Below, piece by piece: positions 19,502 through 29,791 of a stretch of 64,000 nt of DNA. Made by a program: the position numbers and the translations under genes. The stretch spans positions 1,749-65,748 of the forward strand of contig JBDLJY010000001.1 of assembly GCA_039714115.1 (NCBI GenBank), in the 5' to 3' direction. How positions within the stretch are numbered: position 1 is the stretch's first letter; each line of letters begins with the position of its first letter. The stretch is from Pseudomonadota bacterium. GTDB taxonomy: Bacteria > Pseudomonadota > Gammaproteobacteria > Beggiatoales > Beggiatoaceae. The notes beneath the pieces are model-generated. The model had not been told where the DNA came from, made no database searches, and saw only the letters and a program-made list of their open reading frames with translations.

Positions 19502-20272
19502 GTGACAAAAAAAATTGTTTATGAACAACCCCTTAACGAGCGCATGAGAAATATACTGCGACTTGAGTACCTGTTTGCATACATCAGCTACTGCCTCAAG
19601 GGCCCCGCTGAATGGGACAGTCGCGCCGTCATTAATTGTATCGTTGAAGTCTTAAACTGTATAGATCGTATTGACTTCAAAGCTGAACTCATCAAAGATT
19701 TAAATCAGCACACGCAAACCTTAGAACATTGGCAAAGCACAACCAATGTAAATACAGAAGGCTTTGACAAATTGTTAAATAAAACCAGAACAGTTATAAA
19801 TAAATTAGGAGAACTAGAAGAACCGCTAGGAGAAAGCCTGTCACAACATCAACTGATTCGCCTCGTGCGGCAGCGAAGCAAGATTTCTGGTGGGGCATGC
19901 CGCAGTGATTTGCCCGGCTATTATCACTGGTTGCAGAAAAATCCCAAACAACGCCAAAATGAATTAAGCGACTGGTTAGCACCCTTAAACCCACTGCGTG
20001 ACGCGACTGACTTAGATTTATACCTCATTCGCAACAACGCCGTCATCTCACAAGAGATTGCCACTAAGGGTTTTTTTCAGTCCAAATTGGATCCCAATGC
20101 CCAAAGCCAGATTATTCAAGTGATGATGCCGAGGGAACACCCCTGCTATCCAAAAATTCAGGCTGGCAAACAACGTTTTACAATCCGTTTTTTTGAACAA
20201 CCTCATGTCGAGGAACAAGCAAAGCCAACTGAACAAAACATTAATTTTAAACTATGCTGTTGTATGATCTAA
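19502..20272 (+). CDS. zapD: Cell division protein ZapD (YacF)
   Basis: 256 aa, GTG start. YEQPLNERMRNILRLEYLF resembles the ZapD N-terminus, and the gene follows coaE as in other gammaproteobacteria. Confidence 0.8.
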   Translation: MTKKIVYEQPLNERMRNILRLEYLFAYISYCLKGPAEWDSRAVINCIVEVLNCIDRIDFKAELIKDLNQHTQTLEHWQSTTNVNTEGFDKLLNKTRTVINKLGELEEPLGESLSQHQLIRLVRQRSKISGGACRSDLPGYYHWLQKNPKQRQNELSDWLAPLNPLRDATDLDLYLIRNNAVISQEIATKGFFQSKLDPNAQSQIIQVMMPREHPCYPKIQAGKQRFTIRFFEQPHVEEQAKPTEQNINFKLCCCMI

Positions 20273-20321
20273 ATCATGCCACAGCGTTTTAGATGAACCA
20301 AACAGGAAATGGTATCTATCT

Positions 20322-21149
20322 ATGGATGAGAGAATCTTTAAAATAGGTGTATTTGGCCTGACATCCAATGAACAAAATACCTTGGGCAGCATTTTCAAGC
20401 TTGCCGCTGCACGCCCGCGAAAATACACCTTGGTAGGCCCCACAGATCGTGCGATGGCTGATATTGTACTCGTTGATGTTAATGATACTAATGCTGAGAA
20501 TGAGTGGCGTAGTTTTAGCGTACATTACGGCAAGATCCCCTTAGTCAAAGTGACCAAAACCATGCCACAGGCTGCCACCGACGATGTGTACCTACGCCGA
20601 CCACTCACTTTGAAACGGGTACTCGAAACCCTTGATGACGTAACTATCAATGTCCATAAATTCGTACCCGAAATTACGATTGATGACAACATGATATTGC
20701 AGGCTGGCGACAATGCTGCAACCATCGATCTTGTCACAAAAAGAGCCCAAACAACCGATGCGAGTGGCATTAAAGCCCTCGTTGTTGACGACAGTCTACC
20801 AGTACGCAGAGCTATGGAGCTTCAACTCAGGCTGTATGGCATGGGCATAGACTTTGCCGAAAGCGGTGAAGAAGCACTTGAATACATACAAGAAAACGTT
20901 TACGACATTATTTTCTTAGATGTGATGCTACCTGGCGTTGACGGACTGAAAGTCTGTAGGCAAATTAAATCGGATAAAACTTCTAAGAAAACGCCGGTTG
21001 TCATGTTGACTGGCAAGGATTCCCGCTTTGACAAAATCAAGGGGACAATGGCGGGTGCTAATGAATATTTGACCAAGCCAGTACAACAAGAACAACTCAA
21101 AGAAGTTATCAAACAATTCTTGCCCAATACACTCATCAGTCATCAGTGA
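20322..21149 (+). CDS. Response regulator: degenerate receiver-like N-terminal domain plus C-terminal CheY-like receiver (first gene of the chemosensory operon)
   Basis: 275 aa. C-terminal REC KALVVDDS..IIFLDVMLPGVDG..KP. The last codons (LISHQ-stop) are built from degenerate heptamer repeats. Confidence 0.8.
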   Translation: MDERIFKIGVFGLTSNEQNTLGSIFKLAAARPRKYTLVGPTDRAMADIVLVDVNDTNAENEWRSFSVHYGKIPLVKVTKTMPQAATDDVYLRRPLTLKRVLETLDDVTINVHKFVPEITIDDNMILQAGDNAATIDLVTKRAQTTDASGIKALVVDDSLPVRRAMELQLRLYGMGIDFAESGEEALEYIQENVYDIIFLDVMLPGVDGLKVCRQIKSDKTSKKTPVVMLTGKDSRFDKIKGTMAGANEYLTKPVQQEQLKEVIKQFLPNTLISHQ

Positions 21150-21188
21150 ACAGTTTCTAATAACTGACAAAGGAGATTGTATTAACTA

Positions 21189-21554
21189 ATGTCCATCAAT
21201 AAAATCCTAGTGGTTGATGATTCAAAAGTGGATATGATGAGTCTTCAACAGGTAGCTGAAGATGCCGGTTATACGGCCATCACCGCTACTAATGGTGTCG
21301 AAGCCATTGAAAAAGCTAAAACTGAGAAACCAGATCTCATTTTTCTGGATGTGATGATGCAGCCAAAAGACGGTTACCAAGCTTGTCGGGAACTTCTCCA
21401 GAACGATTCTACCAAGAATATTCCGGTTGTTTTTGTCACTGTCAAAGGGGAAAAGGCGGATCGCTTATGGGCGGAAATGCAAGGTGCTAAGGGATTTGTA
21501 CAAAAGCCCTTCACTTATGAAGAAATTATTAGGGAAATCAATAAGTTTAAATAA
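21189..21554 (+). CDS. CheY-like single-domain response regulator (PilH-like), copy 1
   Basis: 121 aa. ILVVDDSKVD, LIFLDVMM, KP motif. Confidence 0.88.
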   Translation: MSINKILVVDDSKVDMMSLQQVAEDAGYTAITATNGVEAIEKAKTEKPDLIFLDVMMQPKDGYQACRELLQNDSTKNIPVVFVTVKGEKADRLWAEMQGAKGFVQKPFTYEEIIREINKFK

Positions 21555-21574
21555 TAATTTCCGATTTATAGGAC

Positions 21575-21597
21575 GTCCAAGATAAATCTTGGACTCC
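21575..21597. repeat. REP unit GTCCAAGATAAATCTTGGACTCC
   Basis: Read directly. Confidence 0.9.
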
Positions 21598-21619
21598 TAC
21601 CAAAATAAATCTGAGGAAA

Positions 21620-22168
21620 ATGCCAGAAACTAAGTTAACCCCAAGCCAAGCCTTAAACCGTCCCCTTAGTCGTCAAGCCGATACTAGCAGTGACGTCTTT
21701 GAAGAAGGGATTAAAACCACCCGTCGGCTAGGGTTCCATATAGGCGATCTTGGCTTTTTGATTGCCCAACAGACAATCAGTGAATTGACCGATCTATTAC
21801 CAATTTGCCCTATTCCTTTTACTGCGGCTTGGCTATTGGGCTTAATTAATCTGCGCGGCAATTTGGTGCCTGTCTTTGACTTACACAAATTGTTGCAACT
21901 GGAAAAGAGGACGGTCAAAAAGCAGATGTTATTGATTTTAGGAGAAGGCAATTCCGCTGGCGCGATTGTGATTGATGATCTACCGATACCTCTGACTTTC
22001 ACTGACAGTGAAGAACTCACCAGCTTACCGCCTTTACCGGCTATTATTAAGGCTTATGCTACCACCGGCTATGAGAAGAAAGATGATGATGATAAAAAGG
22101 GTCAACTGTGGTTTAACTTCGACCATCAGGGCCTTTTTGAATCTCTAGCCACCGAGGTTGCTTTGTAA
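21620..22168 (+). CDS. CheW-like coupling protein (PilI-like)
   Basis: 182 aa. CheW-type segment PFTAAWLLGLINLRGNLVPVFDLHKLL, in operon context. Confidence 0.8.
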   Translation: MPETKLTPSQALNRPLSRQADTSSDVFEEGIKTTRRLGFHIGDLGFLIAQQTISELTDLLPICPIPFTAAWLLGLINLRGNLVPVFDLHKLLQLEKRTVKKQMLLILGEGNSAGAIVIDDLPIPLTFTDSEELTSLPPLPAIIKAYATTGYEKKDDDDKKGQLWFNFDHQGLFESLATEVAL

Positions 22169-22172
22169 AATG

Positions 22173-23503
22173 TATAGTACATAAAAATCTTGATAACTAT
22201 CCATAAGTATATATTGTACGTTTATATTGCATAATTGCTACTGATATTCTAAAAGACTTTCTGAAATATTGTTTATAGCAATAGAATCTATTCCAAACGG
22301 TGCATTAAATGCACAATCGAGGTACATTATTCGAGCACTGAAAATAAAAATTAGAGGTTTGAAAAAGGCTCAATTTGAGCGACTTAGAGACTTAACCTAT
22401 CATGCAAAAAAAAAACCTCTATAATCAAACATTATGGACTCTGCGACAAGCTTTGATCGTCGCTCCGCTCCGTTACTTCGTTTGAGGCAACCGGTAAATA
22501 CTTTAGCTATCCTCAAATGGATAAAGCCATGAAACAAGTTGAGAATCTTGAGGGTGAAGTTAATTACCGGCTTCTCAAGGCCAAGATGGCTCAACAAATC
22601 CTTAGACGTGTTGATCATAATTTTAAATCGTTCTTCAAAGTCAATGAGGATTTTAAAAAGAATCCTAGCAAGTATAAAGGGCAACCAAGGCCTCCTCGGT
22701 TTAAACAGAAAAAGCATGATAACTTTATTTTTAATTATCAAGCTTTTAAAATAAAAAAAGAATTGGTGGTTTTGAACGATCATTTTAAAATAAAGTCGTT
22801 CAAAATGCCGAGTGGTAAAATTATTAAATCAGTAGAAGTCCTTGTTAGAGAAAGTTTTGTTGCCTTAGAAAAAGGCTTGGAAATAAAATTGCCTAAACAG
22901 CTGATAGGTAAAGCTATCAAGCAAGTTGAGGTTATTCCAAAATACAAGTCTTTTCATGCTGTTTTGGTTTATGATGATGAGCAAACTGACATTTATCAAA
23001 TAGTTAAACCAGCAAAGAAAGTCTGCCAAGTCGAATTTGATAAACTAGACCAGAAAGGCGAATTTCAGTCCAAGGAAGTTTTGCTTCATGAATCGGTCAT
23101 GTCTATTGATTTAGGACTCAACAACCTTGCTACTTGTGTCACCAATGGAGTCGTTAAAGCATTTATTATTGATGGTAGGCGGCTGAAATCGGTAAATTAA
23201 ATGCTTATTACAATAAACGCAAAGCAAAAATACAATCAACACTCGAAAAAACGAGAGGAAGGAAGTGGTCGCGTCAACTTCAAAATATCACCAATTGGCG
23301 TAATGCTGTCGTGAATGACTATATACATCGAGCCACCCATTTTGTGGTAAAAACTTGTGTGGAAAATAGTATTTCCAAAGTGGTTGTGGGTGATGTGACT
23401 CAATCGCTAAACTGCATCAATTTGGGCAAAAGAACCAATCAAAATTTTGTTAATTTATCTCTGGGCCAGTTTGTAGATTCAAAAGCGAGTTTTGTGGATG
23501 GGG
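22173..23503 (+). mobile_element. Remnant of an IS607-family element (copy 1): left end, last bases of tnpA, and a degraded tnpB
   Basis: The left end TATAGTACATAAAAATCTTGATAACTAT matches the left end of the copy at 59398. 22290-22340 aligns with the tnpA 3' end / tnpB start of that copy. Confidence 0.75.
22329..23503 (+). pseudogene. tnpB: tnpB (IS200/IS605-type OrfB) pseudogene
   Basis: It aligns with the 60040-60926 copy but carries ATT in place of ATG, an A10 frameshift at 22404-22413, and a 27-nt insert with a TGA at about 22457-22483. It also has an in-frame TAA near 23198, a 63-nt deletion removing the NESYT RuvC segment, and a 3' end replaced by intron sequence. RuvC-I SIDLGLNNLA is retained. 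Confidence 0.85.
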
Positions 23504-23883
23504 CGAGCGTAGTAAATAATGGTAATCTCTTTAAAATCAGTAACCGTTAGGCACAAACCTTATACGTGCCAAAACATGGATGGTATATCATTGTTATAAG
23601 GATGATATGCAGTTACTCAAAATCCATCTGACAATTGGGGATAACCTAAGTTTACAGGTAAGACATGCTAGAGGAACGAGTAGAAACGATGTAGCTAGAG
23701 GGGTAACAAAGTCTAAAAAGTTATCTAGCGGCAGCATCGGGTAGGATTGTGTACTAAGCAAACGCCTTTTGAAACCAAGAAGTTGGGGGATTATGGATCT
23801 GCCGAATTACACACTGGACGGTTTAACTTAAATAAGTATGAGCAGATACTGGGCAACCAGTTAATGATGATAAATCGAGAGAT

Positions 23884-24567
23884 TTGAATTATGAATACTA
23901 TACCGAAACGCTTCAGGACCGGTATATTGCAACCCAGTCAATCCATATTAGCTGCAATATACCCGCAGCTACATCTTCGGAATATGGAAAGGTGAATTAT
24001 AGCATTGGATACCATGATTGGAACGCAATTAACTGGAAAAAGGTGGAAAAGTTAGTCTTCCGTTTGCAAAAGCGTATTTATAAAGCTGTCAAATCAGGTA
24101 ACAACAAGAAAGCCAAAAGCTTAATGAGGCTTTTGCAGTACTCAACATGCGGTATCGCTCTGGCCGTGCGTAAAGTCACAACGGACAACACTGGCAAACG
24201 CACGGCTGGGGTGGACAAAAGAAAAGCCACCACACCCAGAGCAAAGATAAAGTTGATAGAAGAGGTAGTCCAAGCGGTGAGAAAGGATTGGGATAATTAC
24301 AAAGCCCAACCATCTCGTAGGGTAATGATACCAAAAAGTAATGGTAAAATGCGCCCGCTTGGAATACCAACTATCAAAGACAGAGCAATGCAAGCAGCTA
24401 CCAAGCTCGCCCTCGAACCCTATTATGAAGCCAAGTTTGAATCCTGTAGCTATGGATTTAGGCCTGGTATGGGCACGCATGACGCCATTAACAAAATAGC
24501 GTCTAACTTACTCCTGAAACCAAAATGGGTCTTGGATGCTGACATCAAAGGCTGCTTTGACAGATAA
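23884..24567 (+). pseudogene. Group II intron reverse transcriptase, N-terminal fragment (RT domains 0-2)
   Basis: RVMIPKSNGKMRPLGIPTIKDRAMQ, YGFRPG, LDADIKGCFD, then a stop. The palm domain (YADD) is missing. Confidence 0.85.
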
Positions 24568-24608
24568 GTTATCGCTCAAACCTCTTCAGTTTATAAAACC
24601 TCGGGCAG

Positions 24609-24825
24609 ATTGAAGTTGTTTCGGGAATTTCGCTCCGCGGATTGAACGTCGCAAGCGAGGGCAACCACAAGGGATTGCCCCTACGAGTTGCCCGAAACCC
24701 AGTCGATAGTTTCGGGCAACGAAGTAACTTTCGAGGTAAAAGAAGTTCTCTTTACACGAGACGAAAACTTTTACCTCGAAAGCTTGCGACGTTCAATCCG
24801 CGGAGCGAAATTCCCGAAACAACGA
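24609..24825. mobile_element. MITE with ~41-bp terminal inverted repeats inside the intron ORF
   Basis: GTTGTTTCGGGAATTTCGCTCCGCGGATTGAACGTCGCAAG and its complement at the other end. It is flanked by a 14-bp direct repeat AAAACCTCGGGCAG (24595-24608 and 24826-24839). Confidence 0.8.
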
Positions 24826-24837
24826 AAAACCTCGGGC

Positions 24838-25341
24838 AGGGTAATGGAGAAATACTTCGGCTACAAAGATGGCAGAAACTGGGTATTTACAGATTTTAAT
24901 ACCGGCAAAAGCATCAAAGCCTATGCCAAGCACAAAGTCAAAACGGGTAGTTATGCCCGCGTTGGTTATCAAGATGTACTCCCAGCACAAAGAAAAAACC
25001 GGCCGTTAAGAGTGGGTTATGACCGGTCGTATTATGATGGAGATACAGCCTATTGGGCAGATAGACTGTCCAAAGGTTACGGTGACATTACGCCAGCTAA
25101 GGCAAAGATGTTGAAAAAGCAAAATGGTATTTGTCCGTATTGCAATAGCAGACTCACTAATGAGGACTTGCTGGAAGCTCACCATAAGAAGTATAGGGCA
25201 AGAGGCGGTGAGGACAAATATCACAATTTTGTATTGCTACATCGGCACTGTCACGACGCTTTACACAGAGAACAGACCAGGAAGCACCGTGAACATAGTC
25301 AGTTCATAGGTGGAGGGGTGGACCAGAGGGTTTGGTACTGA
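24838..25341 (+). pseudogene. Group II intron-encoded protein, C-terminal fragment (maturase end plus HNH endonuclease domain)
   Basis: CPYCNSRL..EAHHKKYRARGGEDKYHNFVLLHRHCHDALH is an HNH motif. The first about 50 codons of ORF 24688-25341 are MITE sequence. Confidence 0.8.
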
Positions 25342-25437
25342 CCTTAGTTGCTGTTGGTGAAAACCTAACGGCTGGTTAACAAATGACTAGAAGTAAAAAC
25401 GTTAATGCTTACTCTGGGACAAGGGTAAGTACTAGAG

Positions 25438-25473
25438 GAGCCGGATGAGGTCGAAAGTCTCACGTCCGGTTTT
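25438..25473 (+). ncRNA. Group II intron domain V-like hairpin
   Basis: GAGCCGGATGAGGTC-GAAA-GTCTCACGTCCGGTTT: AGC triad, GAAA tetraloop and bulged stem. It sits about 100 nt after the IEP stop, as expected. Confidence 0.7.
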
Positions 25474-25609
25474 GAAGACTGGCTTTATGGGGTGAAGTTC
25501 AAACTCGCTGCTTCGGTAGGATAAGGGGTGTGACCTATATTGCCAAGTTTAACTGATACTTAACAACAGAATTGTGATCTTATGATAACTGACAAAGGAG
25601 ATTGTATTA

Positions 25610-25975
25610 ATGTCCATCAATAAAATCCTAGTGGTTGATGATTTAAAAGTAGATCTGACGAGTCTTCAACAGATAGTTGAAAATGCTGGTTATACGGTCA
25701 TCACCGCCACTAATGGTATCGAAGCCATTGAAAAAGCTAAAACTGAAAAACCCGATCTCATTTTTCTGGATGTGGTGATGCAGCCAATGGACGGTTACCA
25801 AGCCTGCCGGGAAATTATCCAGAACGATTCCACCAAGAATATTCCGGTTGTTTTTGTCACTGGCAAAGGGGAAAAGGCGGATCGCTTATGGGCGGAAATG
25901 CAAGGAGCTAAGGGATTCGTACAAAAGCCCTTCACTTCTGATCAAATTATTGAGACAATCAATAAGTTGAAATAG
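25610..25975 (+). CDS. CheY-like single-domain response regulator (PilH-like), copy 2
   Basis: 121 aa, paralogous to 21189-21554 along its full length and sharing the leader ATAACTGACAAAGGAGATTGTATTAA. Confidence 0.88.
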   Translation: MSINKILVVDDLKVDLTSLQQIVENAGYTVITATNGIEAIEKAKTEKPDLIFLDVVMQPMDGYQACREIIQNDSTKNIPVVFVTGKGEKADRLWAEMQGAKGFVQKPFTSDQIIETINKLK

Positions 25976-26076
25976 GTATCTCATTGGGTGCAACATAAAA
26001 TTAACGATAATTTAAGAGCTACGGGGTGTGGGTTCTATGCCGTAGCTCTTAAATCCGAAAATAGGAGTTTAAAAAA

Positions 26077-27132
26077 ATGCAGTTTTATCACATAATAGCA
26101 GTGTACATAGTGTTATCCTTGAGCGGATGCGATTTTAGTGGAGGTAGTGCGACTGGAGACAATGAAAATCACCCGACAACACAACTCACCTTAGCAGTTG
26201 CGCCTCAGATTGCTTGGATGCCTTGGTATCTTGCTAATGAAGAAGGATTATTTGATAAAATGACTACCAAACATCAAATCCAAGTCAAATTTATCTCCGA
26301 GAACTACAACGATGCCATCGAAAAATTTCTCACTGAGGAAGTCCATGCGATTGCCATATCCAACATCGACGCTATCGCCCAGATCATCAGACGCGATATA
26401 AAGGCCGATGTTATATTAATCACCAATAATCATATTGGAAATGAAGCCATCTTGCTGCCCCAGCAGGCCGAGAGTAGTACACAAAGTCTCAAGGGTAAAA
26501 CCTTTGCCCTTGTCCAGCACTCAGTGGCTCACTATCTCCTTGACCGTTATTTAATCCGCCATCAAATCCCCTTCGATCAAGTCAATATTCTCAACACCAC
26601 TGAGCTTGATATACCTAACAAATTTATTAATGAACAGGTTTATGGCGTTGTCACCAGCAATCCTAACCTATATATGCTAAGCAGGCATTCGGCAACCACC
26701 AAAATACTATTTGATAGCCGCCAAATACCCAAGGAAATCTTTGACCTTATTGTAGTCCGCCGTGAAACCTTAGTTGAATATCCCGAGTTTGCCCAAGTTT
26801 TATTAGCGAGTTGGTTTTCAGTGATGAAAAGACTACAAGGTTCTAAGAAAAACACAACCTTGGATGCTATGGCCGGTTTAGCTCAGATATCCCGCCAAGA
26901 GTTTGAGAAACAATTAGCAAGCCTGCCTTTCAATGACACGCCAAGTAAGGCTTTAGCCGCTATTCGTGACCGCCGCCGACTGAAAAAATCCATGCGTCAC
27001 CTACGTTATTTTATTGAACGTCATGGTCTGATGGGTAATCAGCCAATTAGCGAGTGGGTTTCTTATCCGGGCCGCACCCCGGCTTTACTGCATTTTAACG
27101 GTCAACCTTTACAAAATTTGCTCGTTCCCTAG
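26077..27132 (+). CDS. Periplasmic substrate-binding lipoprotein (NMT1/SsuA/NrtA-like)
   Basis: 351 aa. Lipobox LSLSGC. The LTLAVAPQIAWMPWYLANEEGLF pattern is typical of nitrate/sulfonate/bicarbonate-type SBPs. Confidence 0.65.
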   Translation: MQFYHIIAVYIVLSLSGCDFSGGSATGDNENHPTTQLTLAVAPQIAWMPWYLANEEGLFDKMTTKHQIQVKFISENYNDAIEKFLTEEVHAIAISNIDAIAQIIRRDIKADVILITNNHIGNEAILLPQQAESSTQSLKGKTFALVQHSVAHYLLDRYLIRHQIPFDQVNILNTTELDIPNKFINEQVYGVVTSNPNLYMLSRHSATTKILFDSRQIPKEIFDLIVVRRETLVEYPEFAQVLLASWFSVMKRLQGSKKNTTLDAMAGLAQISRQEFEKQLASLPFNDTPSKALAAIRDRRRLKKSMRHLRYFIERHGLMGNQPISEWVSYPGRTPALLHFNGQPLQNLLVP

Positions 27133-27144
27133 AAATAAACGTTT

Positions 27145-27174
27145 CGGACGGGGTTGCATTAAAAACCCCGTCCG
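27145..27174. repeat. Hairpin repeat CGGACGGGGTT..AACCCCGTCCG
   Basis: Same family as 7959-7981. Confidence 0.8.
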
Positions 27175-27258
27175 GCACAATCATGATGCCAAGTTCGTTC
27201 GTAGTACTAAAGGCGATTTATCGCCTATTTCAATAAAAAAATGAAGTGAGAAATAGTT

Positions 27259-29778
27259 ATGAAATTACGACAAAAAATGTTTATTGGATCAGCCTTTCTC
27301 TCCGTGATTCCAGTTGTCATCACGGCCCTATTCACCAGTCAAATTGCCAGTACGCTAGGCCAACAAGCCCTCACGGAGGCTGCTAAAAGCCATATTACTT
27401 ATATCCGAGATGCCAAAAAGACTCAAATTGAAGACTACTTTAATAGAGTCTTTAACCAAGTCCAAGTTTACGCCAATGCTAAAACCATCATCGAAGCTAT
27501 GCGTGGCTTTAAAGATGCTTACCCTAAGTTTAAAGACGAGGCTAGCCACCCTGATGAAGCTACCCTGCCTATTGAAAAAGCCTTGAGAGATTACTATATC
27601 AACGAATTCTCCGAAGAATATCCCATCCTCAACAACAATGAGGCCCCCAATATGACGGAGAGACTCAATCAACTGGACGATAACAGCATTTCCCTACAAT
27701 ACCACTATATTGCCACTAACCCTAATCCCCTTGGCACCAAAGAAGAATATTTCGCAGCTTCCGATGCCTCTAACTACACGCAACTGCATAGCCATTATCA
27801 TCCTTATCTCCATGATATTCAAACACGTTTTAACTTTGAAGACATCTATTTAGTTGATGCTGATACCGGTCATATTGTCTATTCAGTACTCAAAGAACTG
27901 GATTTTGCCACTTCCCTTAAAAAGGGCCCCTACGCCAAAACCGGCCTCGCTCAATTGTTTTACAAGGCGAATCAGTCCCGTCATGGTGACATTGTCCTAG
28001 TAGACTTCGCCCCCTACCTGCCCTTTTATGATGGTCAAGCCGCCTTTATCGGTGCGCCCATTTATGCTGAGGGCGAACAAAAGCTAGGTATTCTGATCTT
28101 TCAAGTTTCTATTGACAGTATTAACGACATTATGACCAACCACCGCGTTTGGCGATTTGATGAGTCTGGTCGCACTGGAGAAGTTTATCTCGTTGCCGCC
28201 GATGGGACTATGCGAAACGATAGTCGCAGGCTAGTCGAAAACAAAGAAAAATATCTGTTCGAGGTACAACAGGTAGGTTTACCCGATGAGCGCCTCAATG
28301 AGATTAAACTCAAAGATACCAGCGTAGGCTTCCAAAAAGTCGATAACCCCGGCACTCGTTCTGCCTTTTCAGGTGTCACCGGCTTTGATCTCTACGAAGA
28401 CTATCGTGGAGAATTTGTACTCTCCGCCTTCGCCCCGATTAATGTCTCCGGGTTACAGTGGGCTATTTTTTCTACTTTACAAGAGGAAGAGTCGCTGGAG
28501 CGTTTGGAGGCTTTAACGGCTGAAATTACGAAAGGCGCTATTCCCATCGCTTTGTTGATCTTGTTAGTTGGCGGCGTTGCCGGCTTTTTCTTTTTTGGGC
28601 GCATTGCCGCGCCCATCAGCCACATGGAGGCGACTGTGACCAAAGTCGCTCACGGCGACTTTACCGCCCGTGCCGATATTAAAACGGGTGACGAATTGGA
28701 AACATTGAGTAATACTTTTAATGGATTGCTGGATGATCGTCTCACCGCCTTAGCCAAGGCAGAAAGAGAAAACGAGCTGCTCAATAATTCTATCATTGAA
28801 CTGCTTAAGGCTTCCTTCCAGTTGAGTCAACGTGATCTGACGGTGCAAGTGCCGGTGACTGAGGATGTGACGGGACCCTTAGCAGATGCAATTAATCAGA
28901 TGGCAACGGAAACCAGTAAAGTGTTATTGAATGTGCGGCAGGTTGCTGATGAAGTGGAAGGTGCTTCTCAACATGTTAAGGTGCAGGGTGATAATGTATC
29001 CAAAGTCGCTGAAGCCGAGCGAGAAGTGGTGGATAGTACGATGGCAGAGTTGGCGGCCGCAGCTGAGGCGATGAATAAAATTGCTGAGGTGGCACATTCG
29101 TGTAATGAAATTGCCGAGCAAGCCATCCGTTCTACCGACACGGCCTTAAAAACAGTGACTGGTACCGTTGATGGTATAGGAAACATTCGGGAAACGATTC
29201 ACGAAACTGAAAAACGGATTAAGCGTTTGGGAGAACGTGCTCAGGAAATTAGTGGTATTGTAGATATGATTAACAACATTGCTGAGCGTACCCATGTACT
29301 AGCCTTAAATGCCAGTATGCAGGCGGCTGCCGCTGGTGATGCAGGACGCGGCTTTTCGGTGGTGGCTGATGAAGTGCAGCGGTTGGCGGAAAGTTCGCGT
29401 CAGGCGACTTCACAAATTTCGGCCCTGGTGAAAAATATTCAGGTGGAAACCAATGAGACGATTGCAACGATGGATAGAACCATCGGGCAAGTGGTGGAGG
29501 GTTCGCAGTTAGCCGAGCGTGGTGGTGAGCAGATGAAGGATACCCAAAATACGACGTCGAATTTGGTGCAAGTGGTGGGGCAAATCGCTGTGGCTTCCAG
29601 ACAGCAGGCGCAAATCAGTAATGATTTGCGCGAAAGGGCGAGTACGATTCAACTCAGTACCCAAGAAACGGGTAGACAGTTAGAAGAGCAGACGATACAA
29701 ACTGAACGTTTGGTGAACTTTTCCAAGCAGTTGATTGAATCTGTTCGGGTATTTAAATTGCCAGATAGCCATAACTGA
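27259..29778 (+). CDS. Methyl-accepting chemotaxis protein with a large periplasmic (Cache-like) domain and HAMP (PilJ-like)
   Basis: 839 aa. Two TM segments, HAMP PISHMEATVTKVAHGDFTARAD, signalling hairpin ERTHVLALNASMQAAAAGDAGRGFSVVADEVQRLAE. Confidence 0.9.
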   Translation: MKLRQKMFIGSAFLSVIPVVITALFTSQIASTLGQQALTEAAKSHITYIRDAKKTQIEDYFNRVFNQVQVYANAKTIIEAMRGFKDAYPKFKDEASHPDEATLPIEKALRDYYINEFSEEYPILNNNEAPNMTERLNQLDDNSISLQYHYIATNPNPLGTKEEYFAASDASNYTQLHSHYHPYLHDIQTRFNFEDIYLVDADTGHIVYSVLKELDFATSLKKGPYAKTGLAQLFYKANQSRHGDIVLVDFAPYLPFYDGQAAFIGAPIYAEGEQKLGILIFQVSIDSINDIMTNHRVWRFDESGRTGEVYLVAADGTMRNDSRRLVENKEKYLFEVQQVGLPDERLNEIKLKDTSVGFQKVDNPGTRSAFSGVTGFDLYEDYRGEFVLSAFAPINVSGLQWAIFSTLQEEESLERLEALTAEITKGAIPIALLILLVGGVAGFFFFGRIAAPISHMEATVTKVAHGDFTARADIKTGDELETLSNTFNGLLDDRLTALAKAERENELLNNSIIELLKASFQLSQRDLTVQVPVTEDVTGPLADAINQMATETSKVLLNVRQVADEVEGASQHVKVQGDNVSKVAEAEREVVDSTMAELAAAAEAMNKIAEVAHSCNEIAEQAIRSTDTALKTVTGTVDGIGNIRETIHETEKRIKRLGERAQEISGIVDMINNIAERTHVLALNASMQAAAAGDAGRGFSVVADEVQRLAESSRQATSQISALVKNIQVETNETIATMDRTIGQVVEGSQLAERGGEQMKDTQNTTSNLVQVVGQIAVASRQQAQISNDLRERASTIQLSTQETGRQLEEQTIQTERLVNFSKQLIESVRVFKLPDSHN

Positions 29779-29791
29779 GAACTGATTAGCC

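Larger units (their letters stand above)
23504..25545 (+). mobile_element. Group II intron remnant, probably 5'-truncated, with an internally deleted IEP gene
   Basis: RT and maturase/HNH ORF fragments, plus a domain V-like hairpin at 25438-25473. Only about 380 nt precede the IEP ORF and no GUGYG 5' end was found. Boundaries are approximate. Confidence 0.7.

Noticed and set aside
22400-22783. 127-aa minus-strand ORF and 22539-22754 plus-strand ORF
   Set aside because: They overlap the tnpB pseudogene in other frames, with no independent support.
24688-24837. First 50 codons of ORF 24688-25341
   Set aside because: They are encoded by the MITE and its inverted repeat, not by intron protein sequence. 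The real homology starts after the MITE.
26015-26052. Hairpin AAGAGCTACGG..CCGTAGCTCTT after the second CheY gene as a terminator
   Set aside because: It has a good 11-bp stem but no T-run on either strand, and the operon must continue into the SBP/MCP genes. It is treated as an uncharacterised hairpin.
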